Source: Candidatus Cloacimonadales bacterium (lineage in GTDB: Bacteria; Cloacimonadota; Cloacimonadia; Cloacimonadales; JAFGVF01). From it: a DNA stretch of 64,000 nt. This document shows positions 9,891 to 20,752 of the stretch, in pieces. The position numbers and the translations under genes are program-made. Location of the stretch: assembly GCA_963663475.2 (NCBI GenBank), contig CAXXJV010000001.1, positions 2,464,001-2,528,000 on the forward strand, in the 5' to 3' direction. Each line of letters begins with the position of its first letter. Position 1 is the first letter of the stretch. The notes beneath the pieces are model-generated. The model was given only the letters and a program-made list of their open reading frames with translations. It did no database searches and had not been told where the DNA came from.

Positions 9891-11141
9891 TTATTCAGAA
9901 AAGAATTTTTTAATTTCATCAATTATGGATTTTATTTTAAAGGAACTTACTTTTTTCATACTTGAAAGCTCACATATTGAAGCACAATAACGCAACATAC
10001 CAATGGCAGTTGCTCCTTCTAATCTAGTTAATGCTTCTGTCTTACCACTAATATTATCCATACCAGGTTGGGAAATCTTCAGTGGTAAATTAAAGGTTTC
10101 TCTAGCGATACTTACATATGATTCTAAGTTACATGCTCCGCCAGTAAGAACTAATCCTGCAGATATCATTTCAGGCTTATAACATTTAACTAGTTCCTTA
10201 TAAGAATTTTCCAATGAGTCTTGGATTCTACGTTCAATAATTTCTTTTACTATCTGTAACTTAATCTTTTTAGTAATGTTGCGATCGAATGTTCGATATT
10301 CAATTTCTTTATTAAAATCTTGCTTAGAATAGTCTAGTTGCCCAAAACCAAGTTTTAAATCATAGGCAGTTTTAGGTAAAGTTCTAAGTACTGTATAAAG
10401 ATCTTTAGTTATCTCTTCACTACCCACTAAATTAACACTTATACCACGAATATACTTCTTACTAAAAATAATAGCATCGGAAATGCCTTCTCCTATATCA
10501 ATCATAATACAACCAAGTTCTCTCTCTTGTTCAGTTAAAACAGCTAGAGCTGAAGCATAACTTGCAAGGACAAAAGAATCTACTTTATAACCATTGATAT
10601 CAAAACACTTAGCAATATTTTGTAAAACACTCTTTTGGGCTAAGATTGTAGTAATTTCTCCTGATAACTTTGTTCCTGAAAACATTAAGGGAAGCTTGTA
10701 ATGTTCGCTGTTGTTATCTATTAGAAAAAACTTAGGTATAGTATGAATAATTTCATAATCTTCTAAACCTGTTTGTTTCAAAACACTATTTTTAGCATCT
10801 TCAAGTACTTGATCAATATGATCTTGTTTGATTTCTGTTGACTTTCCTTCAGAAGAAAGAGTAACCTTTCCTTCAGCATCAAGATATTTTACATAGTCTC
10901 CTGAAACACTTACATATAGATTTCGAATATCCATATTGGTTGATTCTTTAAGTCTATCAAAAGCTTCTTTTATAGTTTCAGAAAGATCTTTTATATCCAT
11001 TACTTTACCTTTCTGAAGGCCCTTAGTAGGGGCTTGGCCAATCCCCTTAATGTCAATCCTCTTATCAGGAAAAACTTCTGCTGTAACTGCTAAAGTTTTT
11101 GATGTAGCTAAATCAACTACTGTTATTATTTTACTTCCCAT
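9891..11141 (-). CDS. ftsA: Cell division protein FtsA
   Basis: Actin-like motifs VDLATSK, IDIGEG and LVLTGGA; C-terminal amphipathic helix IKKFFSE; lies between ftsQ and ftsZ. Confidence 0.93.
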   Translation of the reverse strand: MGSKIITVVDLATSKTLAVTAEVFPDKRIDIKGIGQAPTKGLQKGKVMDIKDLSETIKEAFDRLKESTNMDIRNLYVSVSGDYVKYLDAEGKVTLSSEGKSTEIKQDHIDQVLEDAKNSVLKQTGLEDYEIIHTIPKFFLIDNNSEHYKLPLMFSGTKLSGEITTILAQKSVLQNIAKCFDINGYKVDSFVLASYASALAVLTEQERELGCIMIDIGEGISDAIIFSKKYIRGISVNLVGSEEITKDLYTVLRTLPKTAYDLKLGFGQLDYSKQDFNKEIEYRTFDRNITKKIKLQIVKEIIERRIQDSLENSYKELVKCYKPEMISAGLVLTGGACNLESYVSIARETFNLPLKISQPGMDNISGKTEALTRLEGATAIGMLRYCASICELSSMKKVSSFKIKSIIDEIKKFFSE

Positions 11142-11151
11142 CTCTTCTCCG

Positions 11152-11922
11152 TTAATAATCTGCTCTTCGTGTTACTATTTGATCCTTATAACTTAAATCT
11201 ATATATAAACCAGAAGTGAAAGAATTGCTATGACTAAGGAACAAGTCAATCTTTTCACTAATGTTTTCTCTACCTAAATAAACAATATTTCCTCTAAACA
11301 TTTCTCGAATATATATTTTCTTCCCATCCATGAAAATATCAGATATCCTCTCTTGGAAATCAGGCCGCTCTTGCAATACATATTGTAAGTATTCATTCAT
11401 CAAGATAGTAAGGGAATCACTAATTACACTTCCATTACTAAAGTCAGTGGACTTACATTTTGTTGTAATTATCGGTAAAGATTTCTTTAGATATCCATAA
11501 TTTACGCGTTCCAAGACTTTAAGGTCTTTGGTTACATAGTAATTCTTTCCATCCGTAAAATTTACTATGCTAAATGGATTTTCCATTAAATACTTTACTT
11601 TTAATTTACTTAATATTCTGCGGTTTATATCAATCTTAGCTATAATGGGATATCTAGATTTTAAACTATCAGACATCACATCTAAATCTAAACGATATAA
11701 ATTTATGCCATAATAGGAAGATAGGTCTTGCTCAATATGATAACTCAACTTCTCAGATTCTCCAATAATATCAAGACTTTCTAATTTTAACAAGTCAGTT
11801 CTTTTAATAATCTCGAACGAACCCATTATAGTAAGAACAATTAAAACTATTGAAAGAAAAAAATAAATAAAGTACCTTCTAGTACCTCTTACGAAAGTAC
11901 TCTTTGAAGTTTTTCGCATCAA
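11152..11922 (-). CDS. ftsQ: Cell division protein FtsQ/DivIB
   Basis: Basic N-terminus, single TM, POTRA-like region, C-terminal YIDLSYKDQIV; synteny murC-X-ftsA. Confidence 0.8.
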   Translation of the reverse strand: MMRKTSKSTFVRGTRRYFIYFFLSIVLIVLTIMGSFEIIKRTDLLKLESLDIIGESEKLSYHIEQDLSSYYGINLYRLDLDVMSDSLKSRYPIIAKIDINRRILSKLKVKYLMENPFSIVNFTDGKNYYVTKDLKVLERVNYGYLKKSLPIITTKCKSTDFSNGSVISDSLTILMNEYLQYVLQERPDFQERISDIFMDGKKIYIREMFRGNIVYLGRENISEKIDLFLSHSNSFTSGLYIDLSYKDQIVTRRADY

Positions 11923-11924
11923 AT

Positions 11925-13298
11925 CTAGTCCTCTTTCAATCTGGATATAATCCTTTCTCCAAATTCATATATTCTTCCAGCTCCCATTGTTATGAAGATA
12001 TCATCTTCTTTCAATGTTTCAAGAACTTTATCTATAATTTCATCTTCACTTTCTATAAAAGTAACATTTTTATGACCTGAGTGGATAGCTTCATCAACTA
12101 TTAATTGACCAGTAACCCCTTCAATAGGTTTTTCTCTGGCAGGATAGATGGGGGCTACTAAGAGTTTATCGCAAGAGAAAAATGCTCTACCAAATTCTTC
12201 TGCAAAATCCCTTGTTCTGGAAAATAGATGAGGTTGAAAAAGTACAACAATTCTTCTATTTGTAGAATCTCTAAAACCATCAAGAGTTGCCATAATCTCA
12301 GTTGGATGGTGAGCATAATCATCAAAGAAGGATATACCTTTATAAGTTCCTTTGTTTTCAAATCGTCTGTAAACACCTTTATACTCAAACAATCCTTCTT
12401 GAATTAAATTAAAAGGTATATCTAATTCAAGACCTACAGATGAAGCAAGTAATGAATTTAATATATTATGCTTACCAGTAACTTGTAATTTAATCCTACC
12501 AAGCTTATAATTCTTGTATATCAAATCATAAGAAGAGGTGAAATCAATCATCTCAATATTTTCAGCTCTTACATCTGCTTGCTTGGAAAAGCCATAAGTA
12601 ACAACATTTTTACTAATTTCAGGAAGAACAGACTGAACACCTTTATCATCTAAGCAAGCTATAACTGAACCAAAAAAAGGAACCTTGTCTGCATATGTTA
12701 AGAAAGCAGATTTAATATCATCAAGATTACGATAACAATCTAAATGATCTGCATCAATATTGGTTATTCCAGCAATAATAGGTGATAGTGTTAAAAATGA
12801 ATGATCATATTCATCAGCTTCAACAACAATATATTTCCCAGACCCCATAAGATTATTTGATCCAAAATTTTTCACCTTACCACCAACAATAATAGTAGGA
12901 TCTAGTTTTGCTTTCTCAAGCATAATACCAACCATAGAAGTAGTAGTTGTCTTACCGTGAGTACCAGCTATACCAATACTAAAACTCATCCTAGTTATCT
13001 CAGCAAGCATTTCAGCTCTTCTGATTACAGGAATTCTCAGTTTTTTAGCAGCTATTACTTCTAAATTATCATCTTTAACAGCAGAAGACCTCACAACAAC
13101 ATCAACTTGTCCGATATTTTCTGGACCATGTCCTTCTACAATAGTAATACCGATATCTTCTAAATGTTGGGTTATTTCACTTTTCTTCATATCGGAACCA
13201 GATATTGTCAGTCCTTGATTATGGAGGAGCTCAGCTATTGAGCTCATACCGATTCCTCCAATTCCTACAAAATGTATTTTTTTTGTTCTTCCAAGCAT
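11925..13298 (-). CDS. murC: UDP-N-acetylmuramate--L-alanine ligase
   Basis: HFVGIGGIGMS, AGTHGKTTTT, EADEYD, DDYAHHPTE and FQPH motifs. Confidence 0.98.
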   Translation of the reverse strand: MLGRTKKIHFVGIGGIGMSSIAELLHNQGLTISGSDMKKSEITQHLEDIGITIVEGHGPENIGQVDVVVRSSAVKDDNLEVIAAKKLRIPVIRRAEMLAEITRMSFSIGIAGTHGKTTTTSMVGIMLEKAKLDPTIIVGGKVKNFGSNNLMGSGKYIVVEADEYDHSFLTLSPIIAGITNIDADHLDCYRNLDDIKSAFLTYADKVPFFGSVIACLDDKGVQSVLPEISKNVVTYGFSKQADVRAENIEMIDFTSSYDLIYKNYKLGRIKLQVTGKHNILNSLLASSVGLELDIPFNLIQEGLFEYKGVYRRFENKGTYKGISFFDDYAHHPTEIMATLDGFRDSTNRRIVVLFQPHLFSRTRDFAEEFGRAFFSCDKLLVAPIYPAREKPIEGVTGQLIVDEAIHSGHKNVTFIESEDEIIDKVLETLKEDDIFITMGAGRIYEFGERIISRLKED

Positions 13299-14371
13299 TA
13301 TTTTTCCTTTTCCATAGTTTCAATTATTGAGTTAACGATAGTATCAACTGCATTTATGTGAACACAATTAGCAAATCTTGATTTATAGTCATTAATATTA
13401 TCACTCAGCTTATCTATTTCTCTGATTAGAGTTTTAACGTCAAGATTATTTTGTTCTAAAATTACAGCTATTTTTTTTGATCTTTGTTCTACAGCATTCT
13501 TATACTGGTGATTCTCAGCTGCACTAGGTAACGGAATCAAGATAGCGGGTATTTTCTTTGCTTCGAGTTCTGCTATAGTAATAGCTCCTGACCTACATAT
13601 AGCAATATCTGCTATGTTATAAAGAGCATCAATATCATAAGAAAATCCAAACATGAATAAGCCTGGTTTACCCTGATGAATTCCTTGAAAATGATCTAAA
13701 TTATTTACTCCCATCTGCCAGATAACATTATATCTTTTTAATAAATCATCAAGAGCTAGATTAAGTAAGTTGTTTAAGACTTGGGAACCTTGACTACCTC
13801 CAATTAAAAAGATAGTTTTCTTGTTTTTGTCAAAACTGTATTCTCCCATATTTGCTAGACGATTAGACTCCACAAGCTTTTTATTGATAGGGTTTCCACT
13901 ATAAATTATCCGTTCATTCTTTAAATACTTTTTCGCATCTGTTTGACCAATAAATATTGCTTTAGCTTGCAGGTCTAAAGCTCTTGTTGTTAAGCCTGGA
14001 TAAGAATTTTGTTCCTGTAGGAAATAAGCAATTTTCCTTCCTCGAGCAACAAAACCAGAAGGTCCACTAACAAAACCACCACAACCTATGTAAGCATCTG
14101 GTTTGTATCTTTTAAAAATTTTCTTTACTTTAGTTATACTATTAAAGAGTTTAAACGGAAAAAGAAGGTGTTTAATAGTAAAATTACGGTAGAGTTTTTG
14201 CACGTTTATAGCTTCAAAATCGATATTCTTCTTTCCAATAATCTTCTCTTCCATAGAATTTTTATTGCCAACAAATAAAACTTCATGTCCTCTAGATATA
14301 AGTTCTTCAGAAATACTTAGTGCTGGCATAATATGACCACCTGTTCCACCTGCTGAGATAATAAACTTCAT
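13298..14371 (-). CDS. murG: Lipid II GlcNAc transferase MurG
   Basis: GGTGGHIMP, QEQN..PG, GNP, GGSQGS and HQYKNA motifs. Confidence 0.97.
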   Translation of the reverse strand: MKFIISAGGTGGHIMPALSISEELISRGHEVLFVGNKNSMEEKIIGKKNIDFEAINVQKLYRNFTIKHLLFPFKLFNSITKVKKIFKRYKPDAYIGCGGFVSGPSGFVARGRKIAYFLQEQNSYPGLTTRALDLQAKAIFIGQTDAKKYLKNERIIYSGNPINKKLVESNRLANMGEYSFDKNKKTIFLIGGSQGSQVLNNLLNLALDDLLKRYNVIWQMGVNNLDHFQGIHQGKPGLFMFGFSYDIDALYNIADIAICRSGAITIAELEAKKIPAILIPLPSAAENHQYKNAVEQRSKKIAVILEQNNLDVKTLIREIDKLSDNINDYKSRFANCVHINAVDTIVNSIIETMEKEK

Positions 14372-15504
14372 TTTGCTAATCCTTCTCTTGCTAAAATATT
14401 TAGTACTATTGCCAAGGAAAATGAATCCATTAAAAAAGCAGATCCACCATAAGAGATGAATGGTAAAGATACACCTGTGGAAGGAAGTGTTGATATTGCA
14501 ACACCTATATTTACAATAACCGTTATGATAAAATTAAGACTTAGGCCTAAAGCAAAATATCTGCGATACAAATCTTTAACCTTTATAGACTGCATAAACA
14601 ATCTAAAAAAGAGTGCAAAGAATATTGCTACAATTATTGAAGAGATAATAAAACCATATTCCTCGCCAATAAAAGAGAATATATAATCTGTATTTGCTTC
14701 TGGTACGAATTTTCTGGCAGCAGAACCAAAATCTGATTTTGTACCCCAGAGTCCTCCTGCTGATAATGCTCCTAAACTTTCCACTATCTGGCGTTCTCTA
14801 TCGGCACTAACTTCAACTTGCTTTCTATTAGGATTTAACAACAAGTATTTTGAATATACCTTGAGTCTCTTGAATCTGTAGCTTTGACCAAACATGAATA
14901 TTCCTGAAACTAGAATAATACCAATCAAGATTGTAGAAATGATAATTTTTAGGTTCAGGTTAGCTAGAAAGAGCATAACAAACAAAGCAGCAGACGTAAT
15001 AAGGATAATACTCAAGTGGGGTTCTTTGAGGATCAAGACTAGAGAAGTTAGATAAAATCCAATGAATATTATAGATTTTTTAGCAAAGACTTTTAACTGA
15101 TTATTCTCAATTAAATCATGGTGCTTAGCTATATAAATTGCAAGTGAGCTAATAATTATAATTCTGGTATAATAACTTGGTTGAAAAGAAAAGAAAAATA
15201 AGTCCAGTGCTCTTTTTGCTCCTAGAATCTCTTTTCCATACTTTAAAACAGCTAATAAAAGACCTGTAGAAAGAATATAATGCCAGTATTCATATTTTTT
15301 AAAGATATCTATATTTCCCCTTCTAACAAAAACTATTAGAAGTATCATAGACATTGGAGCAAAGACAAAGCCTTGCTTTTTAAGAGAACTTAAACTATTT
15401 GCCTTAGAATAATACATTAAAGTAACGAAACCAATAAAGGTTAAGATAATATATAAAATTAAGGCATACTTATCTAGTTTCTTATATTTATAATCATTAT
15501 TCAT
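14368..15504 (-). CDS. ftsW: SEDS peptidoglycan polymerase FtsW
   Basis: Multi-TM; GAKR, FQPS, PEANTDYIF..IGEEYG and PSTGVSLPFISYGGS motifs; between murD and murG. Confidence 0.93.
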   Translation of the reverse strand: MNNDYKYKKLDKYALILYIILTFIGFVTLMYYSKANSLSSLKKQGFVFAPMSMILLIVFVRRGNIDIFKKYEYWHYILSTGLLLAVLKYGKEILGAKRALDLFFFSFQPSYYTRIIIISSLAIYIAKHHDLIENNQLKVFAKKSIIFIGFYLTSLVLILKEPHLSIILITSAALFVMLFLANLNLKIIISTILIGIILVSGIFMFGQSYRFKRLKVYSKYLLLNPNRKQVEVSADRERQIVESLGALSAGGLWGTKSDFGSAARKFVPEANTDYIFSFIGEEYGFIISSIIVAIFFALFFRLFMQSIKVKDLYRRYFALGLSLNFIITVIVNIGVAISTLPSTGVSLPFISYGGSAFLMDSFSLAIVLNILAREGLAK

Positions 15505-16825
15505 GGTTAGCCAAACTCTTTACTATTTCTTTAAAAGTTGCTCCTCGGTGCTCATAGTTTTTAAATGAATCATAACTAGCACAAGCAGGAGAAAGCAAGA
15601 TTATATCACCTTTAGTAGATTCATGGTAAGCTTTCTTAACTGCATCTTTTAAATCTTGACAGGACTCAATTGAAGGAAAGGAATTAAACTGCTTAAGCAT
15701 TTTATCTTTTGTTTCACCAATAAGATAAATTTTCTTAGCATAAATATCTAGATGTTCTAAGAGAATAGAGAAATCTTCACCTTTGTCAGAACCACCCATA
15801 ATAATTCTTACTCTCTGTTTGAAAGCACTTAGGGCATATTTCACAGAATCAGTGTTAGTTGCTTTAGAATCATTTACAAAGGTTACACCATTAATATCTG
15901 CGACATACTCCAGACGATGAGATAGTCCCTTGAAAGTTGAAAAAGCCTTTTGAACTTCTTCATTATCCAATTTTATACCTAGATTTTCCAAAACTAACAT
16001 TGTTGCCATGATATTTAAGATATTATGTTCTCCTTTTAGTGAAGTCTTATTCATATCAATCTTTAATCTTGGCGTATGAAGAAAAGAATCTAGTTTTTTA
16101 ACTTGACTGTCAGCTTTTAAACTAAAAGATTTAATTATAGCAGGGATTAAATTTACAAAATTCATGATTTGTGTATCATTATCATAAATTATTGCAATAT
16201 CATCTTTTCTTTGTTTTTTAAAGATATTAAATTTTGCTAAAGCATAAGCATCAAATGAATCGTAGCGATTTAAATGATCAGGAGTAATATTCAATAAAAC
16301 TGCAATTTCTGGTCTAAATGTATCTACTAATTCTAGCTGGAAACTACTTAATTCAAGTATTATATATTCATAGGCATATTTTTCTATCGGCAAACTAGTG
16401 AAGGCTATGCCGATGTTACCTCCCAAGGCTACTTTAATATTCAACTCATTAAGAATATGGTAAATTAGTGAAACAGTAGTACTCTTACCATTGGAACCTG
16501 TTACGGCTATGACCTTTGTTGCAGGGTGCTTAATTCTAAAACCAAACTCTATTTCGCTTATTAGCTCATTACCATTTTCCTTCAACTTCTTAATGATTGG
16601 AACATTAAGTGGGATTCCTGGAGAAACTATTACCTGAGGATAATCAAGAATTTTATCTGAATGACCACCACATTCATAGTCTAATCCTCGTAAATCACCT
16701 TCGTTAATATCACAATCTTCAATACTTTTATATTCTGAAATAAATACGTCATAGCCTAATTCTTTAGCTTTTTTTGCTGCAGAAATTCCTGAGCGAGCAA
16801 GTCCTAAAACTCCGATTTTTTTCAT
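15497..16825 (-). CDS. murD: UDP-N-acetylmuramoyl-L-alanine--D-glutamate ligase
   Basis: GLARSG, TGSNGKSTT, LELSSFQL, NDSKATN and LLSPACASYD motifs. Confidence 0.98.
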   Translation of the reverse strand: MKKIGVLGLARSGISAAKKAKELGYDVFISEYKSIEDCDINEGDLRGLDYECGGHSDKILDYPQVIVSPGIPLNVPIIKKLKENGNELISEIEFGFRIKHPATKVIAVTGSNGKSTTVSLIYHILNELNIKVALGGNIGIAFTSLPIEKYAYEYIILELSSFQLELVDTFRPEIAVLLNITPDHLNRYDSFDAYALAKFNIFKKQRKDDIAIIYDNDTQIMNFVNLIPAIIKSFSLKADSQVKKLDSFLHTPRLKIDMNKTSLKGEHNILNIMATMLVLENLGIKLDNEEVQKAFSTFKGLSHRLEYVADINGVTFVNDSKATNTDSVKYALSAFKQRVRIIMGGSDKGEDFSILLEHLDIYAKKIYLIGETKDKMLKQFNSFPSIESCQDLKDAVKKAYHESTKGDIILLSPACASYDSFKNYEHRGATFKEIVKSLANHE

Positions 16826-16833
16826 AAGATAAC

Positions 16834-17934
16834 CTACCTAAGTTTAATTGTGCTTAAACCGATAACTAATAATAAGATTGTTATAATCCAAAATCTTACA
16901 ACTATTTTAGATTCAGCAAAGCCTTGCAGTTCATAATGATGATGTAAAGGAGCCATCTTAAATATCCTCTTACCTACACCAAATTTACTTTTTGTATATT
17001 TAAAATATCTGACTTGAATAATAACAGACATAGCTTCAGCAATAAATACAAAACCAACAATTGCTAAAAATATCTGTTCTCTTAGAAGAATTGATAACAT
17101 AGCTAATATTCCACCTAGTGGAAGAGAACCAGTATCACCCATAAATATATCTGCAGGCCTACAGTTATACCATAGAAAACCTATTAAAGTACCAACTAGG
17201 GCAGCAATAAAGACAGTTAGTTCACCTGCTTTAGGTATATATACTAAATTAAGATAATCTGCATGATTAATATTACCTTTTAAATATGACATAACACCCA
17301 GACCAAAGGCAACAATTGCACATATTCCTTCTGCTAAGCCATCAAGTCCATTAGTTAAGTTAACAGCATTTGAGGTTCCCACCACGATGAAGATAACGAT
17401 CGGAATAAAAGCAATTCCTAAATAAATAGCAGTATGCTTCAGGAAAGGAAGGTCAATATATGCTAAATATTCAATATCATTACTAAAGTATAAAAACATA
17501 GCAATCATTAAGGAAACACTTACTTGTCCTAAAAGTTTATACCTAGGAATTAAGCCTTTGCTAGAGATAGCAAAATTCTTAAGATAATCATCTACAAAAC
17601 CAAAAATCCCTAACCAAACTGTTGTTAAATACATCATCCAGATATAGGAATTATCCCACCTACTCCACAAGAGTGAAGACCCTAAGAGTCCTATAAGAAT
17701 AATTAAACCTCCCATGGTAGGAGTGCCTTGTTTGGCATGATGTCTATCAGGCATATCCTCATCAATTGTTTCAACTGCTAAGTGGCTTTTTAGGATTTTG
17801 ATGATAGCTGGACCAAAGAGGTAGCTAAAGATCAAAGCTGTTATAAAGGCACCAGCTGATCTAAAAGTGACATAGGTAAAAACCCTAAGCGGGTTGAAAA
17901 TTTCAATATACTGACTAAATAGATGATATAACAC
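16834..17934 (-). CDS. mraY: Phospho-MurNAc-pentapeptide transferase
   Basis: KQGTPTMGG, GFVDDY, FMGDTGS and MAPLHHHYE motifs. Confidence 0.98.
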   Translation of the reverse strand: MLYHLFSQYIEIFNPLRVFTYVTFRSAGAFITALIFSYLFGPAIIKILKSHLAVETIDEDMPDRHHAKQGTPTMGGLIILIGLLGSSLLWSRWDNSYIWMMYLTTVWLGIFGFVDDYLKNFAISSKGLIPRYKLLGQVSVSLMIAMFLYFSNDIEYLAYIDLPFLKHTAIYLGIAFIPIVIFIVVGTSNAVNLTNGLDGLAEGICAIVAFGLGVMSYLKGNINHADYLNLVYIPKAGELTVFIAALVGTLIGFLWYNCRPADIFMGDTGSLPLGGILAMLSILLREQIFLAIVGFVFIAEAMSVIIQVRYFKYTKSKFGVGKRIFKMAPLHHHYELQGFAESKIVVRFWIITILLLVIGLSTIKLR

Positions 17935-20744
17935 TATACAATCTCCAATAATTTTTCTAGATGAATACCGTGAGAACCCTTTATCAGAATAACTCCTTTT
18001 GAAAGTTCTTTAATAATTTCAGAGTTAATCAGATCACTAACACTTGCAAAATGAGCATGACCTTCATATAACTTTGCTAATTTACCAACAGTATAAACTT
18101 TGATATTTGTCAAATCTTTCAACATATTTTTTATTTCTGAGTGTAATTTACTTTCCTTCTCTCCTAGTTCTAGCATATCTCCCAAGATAGCTATATGTGG
18201 CATATGCGGCTGATAATTTGCCCAAAAGTCTATTGCTGCTTTCATAGATTTAGGATTAGCATTATAGCAATCAGCTATGATTATTTTATCTTTTCTAGTA
18301 ATAATGTTCATTCTATTATTGCTTTTAATTTCCTTCTTTAATGCAAAAACAATATCATTAATATTGATATCCAGTAGTCTAGCTAATGATATTGCAAAGG
18401 CATAATTCAAGGCAAAATAAGGAATAATATTGTTTATCTCATAATGGGAATTATTAATTTGAAGGGTCATACTATGTGGACCTAAGTCAACAATTTTATA
18501 TACGAAGCTATTATCATTATTCTGTCCAACTGAATATGCTAAATTTCTATACTCTTCTGATTTAAATTCAGAGAAGAGGATATTATCACCTGGGAAAAGA
18601 AAGGTCTTGAGCTTTCTTCTGAACAAAGCAGTTTTTTCTTTATAAACTCCTTCTAGTGATCCTAATTTTTCTAAATGAGCAGAATCTACCGATGTTATTA
18701 AGGCATAATCTGGTTCAATAATATCACTTAAATAACCGATTTCTCCAAAATTGTTTGTTCCAATTTCAAATACAGCAATATCATCTGAGGCTTTTACTCT
18801 AAAAATAGTTCTGGGAAGGCCAATATAATTGTTTTCATTTCCCAAAGTTTTGAGTAGAGAGTGATTTTGCTCTAAAATACTAGTAATTATTTCCTTAGTT
18901 GTGGTTTTACCTGTACTGCCTGTGATAGCAACTTTCTTTATATTAAAGAGTTTTAGGAATCTTTTAGCTAAAAAACCATAGAATTGAAGTGCATCTGTTA
19001 CTTGTAAATGATACTTTGAAGGATGCCTAATCTCACCTACAGTAAAATATTTTCCAGGAGAACCATGAATAGCGTCTATAAAATTATTACCATCAAAATT
19101 CTCACCTTTTATAGCTATAAAGAGAGATTCTTCTTTAATCTGTCTTGAATCAGTGGATATGTAATTAATTATCATATTAGGATAATTATCATACAAGCTT
19201 TTGTCAGAGAGACCTTCAAATTTTAATTTTAAATCTAAAAGGTTAATTGCATCATAAGGAATTGCTAGTTTATCGGAATTATCTTCAGCTGAATAGCCTT
19301 TAATTATATTGGCATCAGAAAATGGGTATTTTTGACCTTTTATTTCTTGATAATTCTCATGACCTTTTCCAAGAATGATCACAATATCATCTTTTTGTCC
19401 TAAAGTAAGAGCCGATTCAATAGCAATTTTACGATCTCTAATAATAAAGTAATTTTCTGCTTCTAAATCTAAAACCATATCAGCTATTATTTGATTATTA
19501 TCTTCCCATCGAGGATTATCATCGGTAAAAATAGCTAGATTAGATAACTTAGTTGCTATTTTAGCCATTAAACTTCTCTTACTTTTATCTCTATCACCAC
19601 CGCATCCAAGTACGACTATAAGTCTCTTGTGATCTGTTTTTCTAAGTGTACTTAGTACTTGCTCTATAGCGTCAGGAGTATGAGCATAATCAATGAAAAC
19701 TTTACTTTTAGCTGAGCAATCAATCGGTTCTAATCTCCCACTGGTACGTCTGAGTTCCTTAAGAATATCCTTTTTGAAGATTAATTTAGGGAAAAGTTGC
19801 CTACATATTGTTAAGGCCAATAAAAGATTATAGACATTAAAATCGCCAATGTAATTACTTTCAATATCTTCTTTAAGATTTCCATAGTTTAGAGTAAATT
19901 TGGTAAAGTCTGAATTATTCTCTATGTTTGAAGCATAAACATCACTTTGTGGATTTAAACCATAAGCTACTTTTTTACTAATGAAATTATTGTAGTATTT
20001 CTTTCCGTATTCATCATCAGTATTTATAACTGCAATAGCATCTTGTTTTTCAGCTGTATCAAAAAGAATTTTCTTGGCCAAATAATAATTTTCAAAAGTT
20101 GTATGGAAGTCTAAATGGTCTTGGGTAAGATTAGTAAAGCCTACTACATCAAATTCTTGGCCAAATACTCTATCTAAGACAAGAGAATGAGAAGATACCT
20201 CCATTACAACAACCTGACATGCTTGATCAACCATCAGAGCTAATATTCTATTTAGATCAGAAAGATCTGGAGTTGTCCTACTTAAGGGAATCATCTCTCC
20301 CCCATATGAATAACCTAAAGTACCTATTATTCCGCACTTAACACCTAGTTTGTTTAAGACATCAAAAATGATAGTAGAGGTTGTAGTTTTCCCATTGGTG
20401 CCTGTTATTCCAATTAACTTAAGTTTTTTTGAAGGATTTCCATAGATCTCAGCAGCAATTAAAGCTCCTGCTTTTCGTGAATTTTTTACTAGAATAGAAT
20501 TTGCATTCACTGATATATCCTTTGCATGGATGATAAGATTTGCTCCAGCCTGAATTGCCTTATCAATGTAATCATGTCCATCTTGTTCTAATCCTTCTAT
20601 AGCAACAAAGGCAGCTAGCTGGCAGACCTGCCTAGAATCAATAGTAATATCATTTATAATTAATTGATCATTTTCAATATTTGAATTAATAAAAAGCTTT
20701 TCATTTTTTAAAATCTGAATAATCTTTTTGGTATTTAATTTCAT
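17934..20744 (-). CDS. murEF: Fused MurE-MurF ligase (meso-DAP-adding MurE + D-Ala-D-Ala-adding MurF)
   Basis: N-half: GITGTNGKTT, MEVSSH, DYAHTPD, DNPR, GKGHE. C-half: DSR, ITGSTGKTTTKE, NNYIGLP, DCYNANP, LGDMLELG, KGSHG. ATG at 20744 follows an AGGAGA RBS; the track start at 20762 is less likely. Confidence 0.95.
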   Translation of the reverse strand: MKLNTKKIIQILKNEKLFINSNIENDQLIINDITIDSRQVCQLAAFVAIEGLEQDGHDYIDKAIQAGANLIIHAKDISVNANSILVKNSRKAGALIAAEIYGNPSKKLKLIGITGTNGKTTTSTIIFDVLNKLGVKCGIIGTLGYSYGGEMIPLSRTTPDLSDLNRILALMVDQACQVVVMEVSSHSLVLDRVFGQEFDVVGFTNLTQDHLDFHTTFENYYLAKKILFDTAEKQDAIAVINTDDEYGKKYYNNFISKKVAYGLNPQSDVYASNIENNSDFTKFTLNYGNLKEDIESNYIGDFNVYNLLLALTICRQLFPKLIFKKDILKELRRTSGRLEPIDCSAKSKVFIDYAHTPDAIEQVLSTLRKTDHKRLIVVLGCGGDRDKSKRSLMAKIATKLSNLAIFTDDNPRWEDNNQIIADMVLDLEAENYFIIRDRKIAIESALTLGQKDDIVIILGKGHENYQEIKGQKYPFSDANIIKGYSAEDNSDKLAIPYDAINLLDLKLKFEGLSDKSLYDNYPNMIINYISTDSRQIKEESLFIAIKGENFDGNNFIDAIHGSPGKYFTVGEIRHPSKYHLQVTDALQFYGFLAKRFLKLFNIKKVAITGSTGKTTTKEIITSILEQNHSLLKTLGNENNYIGLPRTIFRVKASDDIAVFEIGTNNFGEIGYLSDIIEPDYALITSVDSAHLEKLGSLEGVYKEKTALFRRKLKTFLFPGDNILFSEFKSEEYRNLAYSVGQNNDNSFVYKIVDLGPHSMTLQINNSHYEINNIIPYFALNYAFAISLARLLDININDIVFALKKEIKSNNRMNIITRKDKIIIADCYNANPKSMKAAIDFWANYQPHMPHIAILGDMLELGEKESKLHSEIKNMLKDLTNIKVYTVGKLAKLYEGHAHFASVSDLINSEIIKELSKGVILIKGSHGIHLEKLLEIV

Positions 20745-20752
20745 TATTTCTC

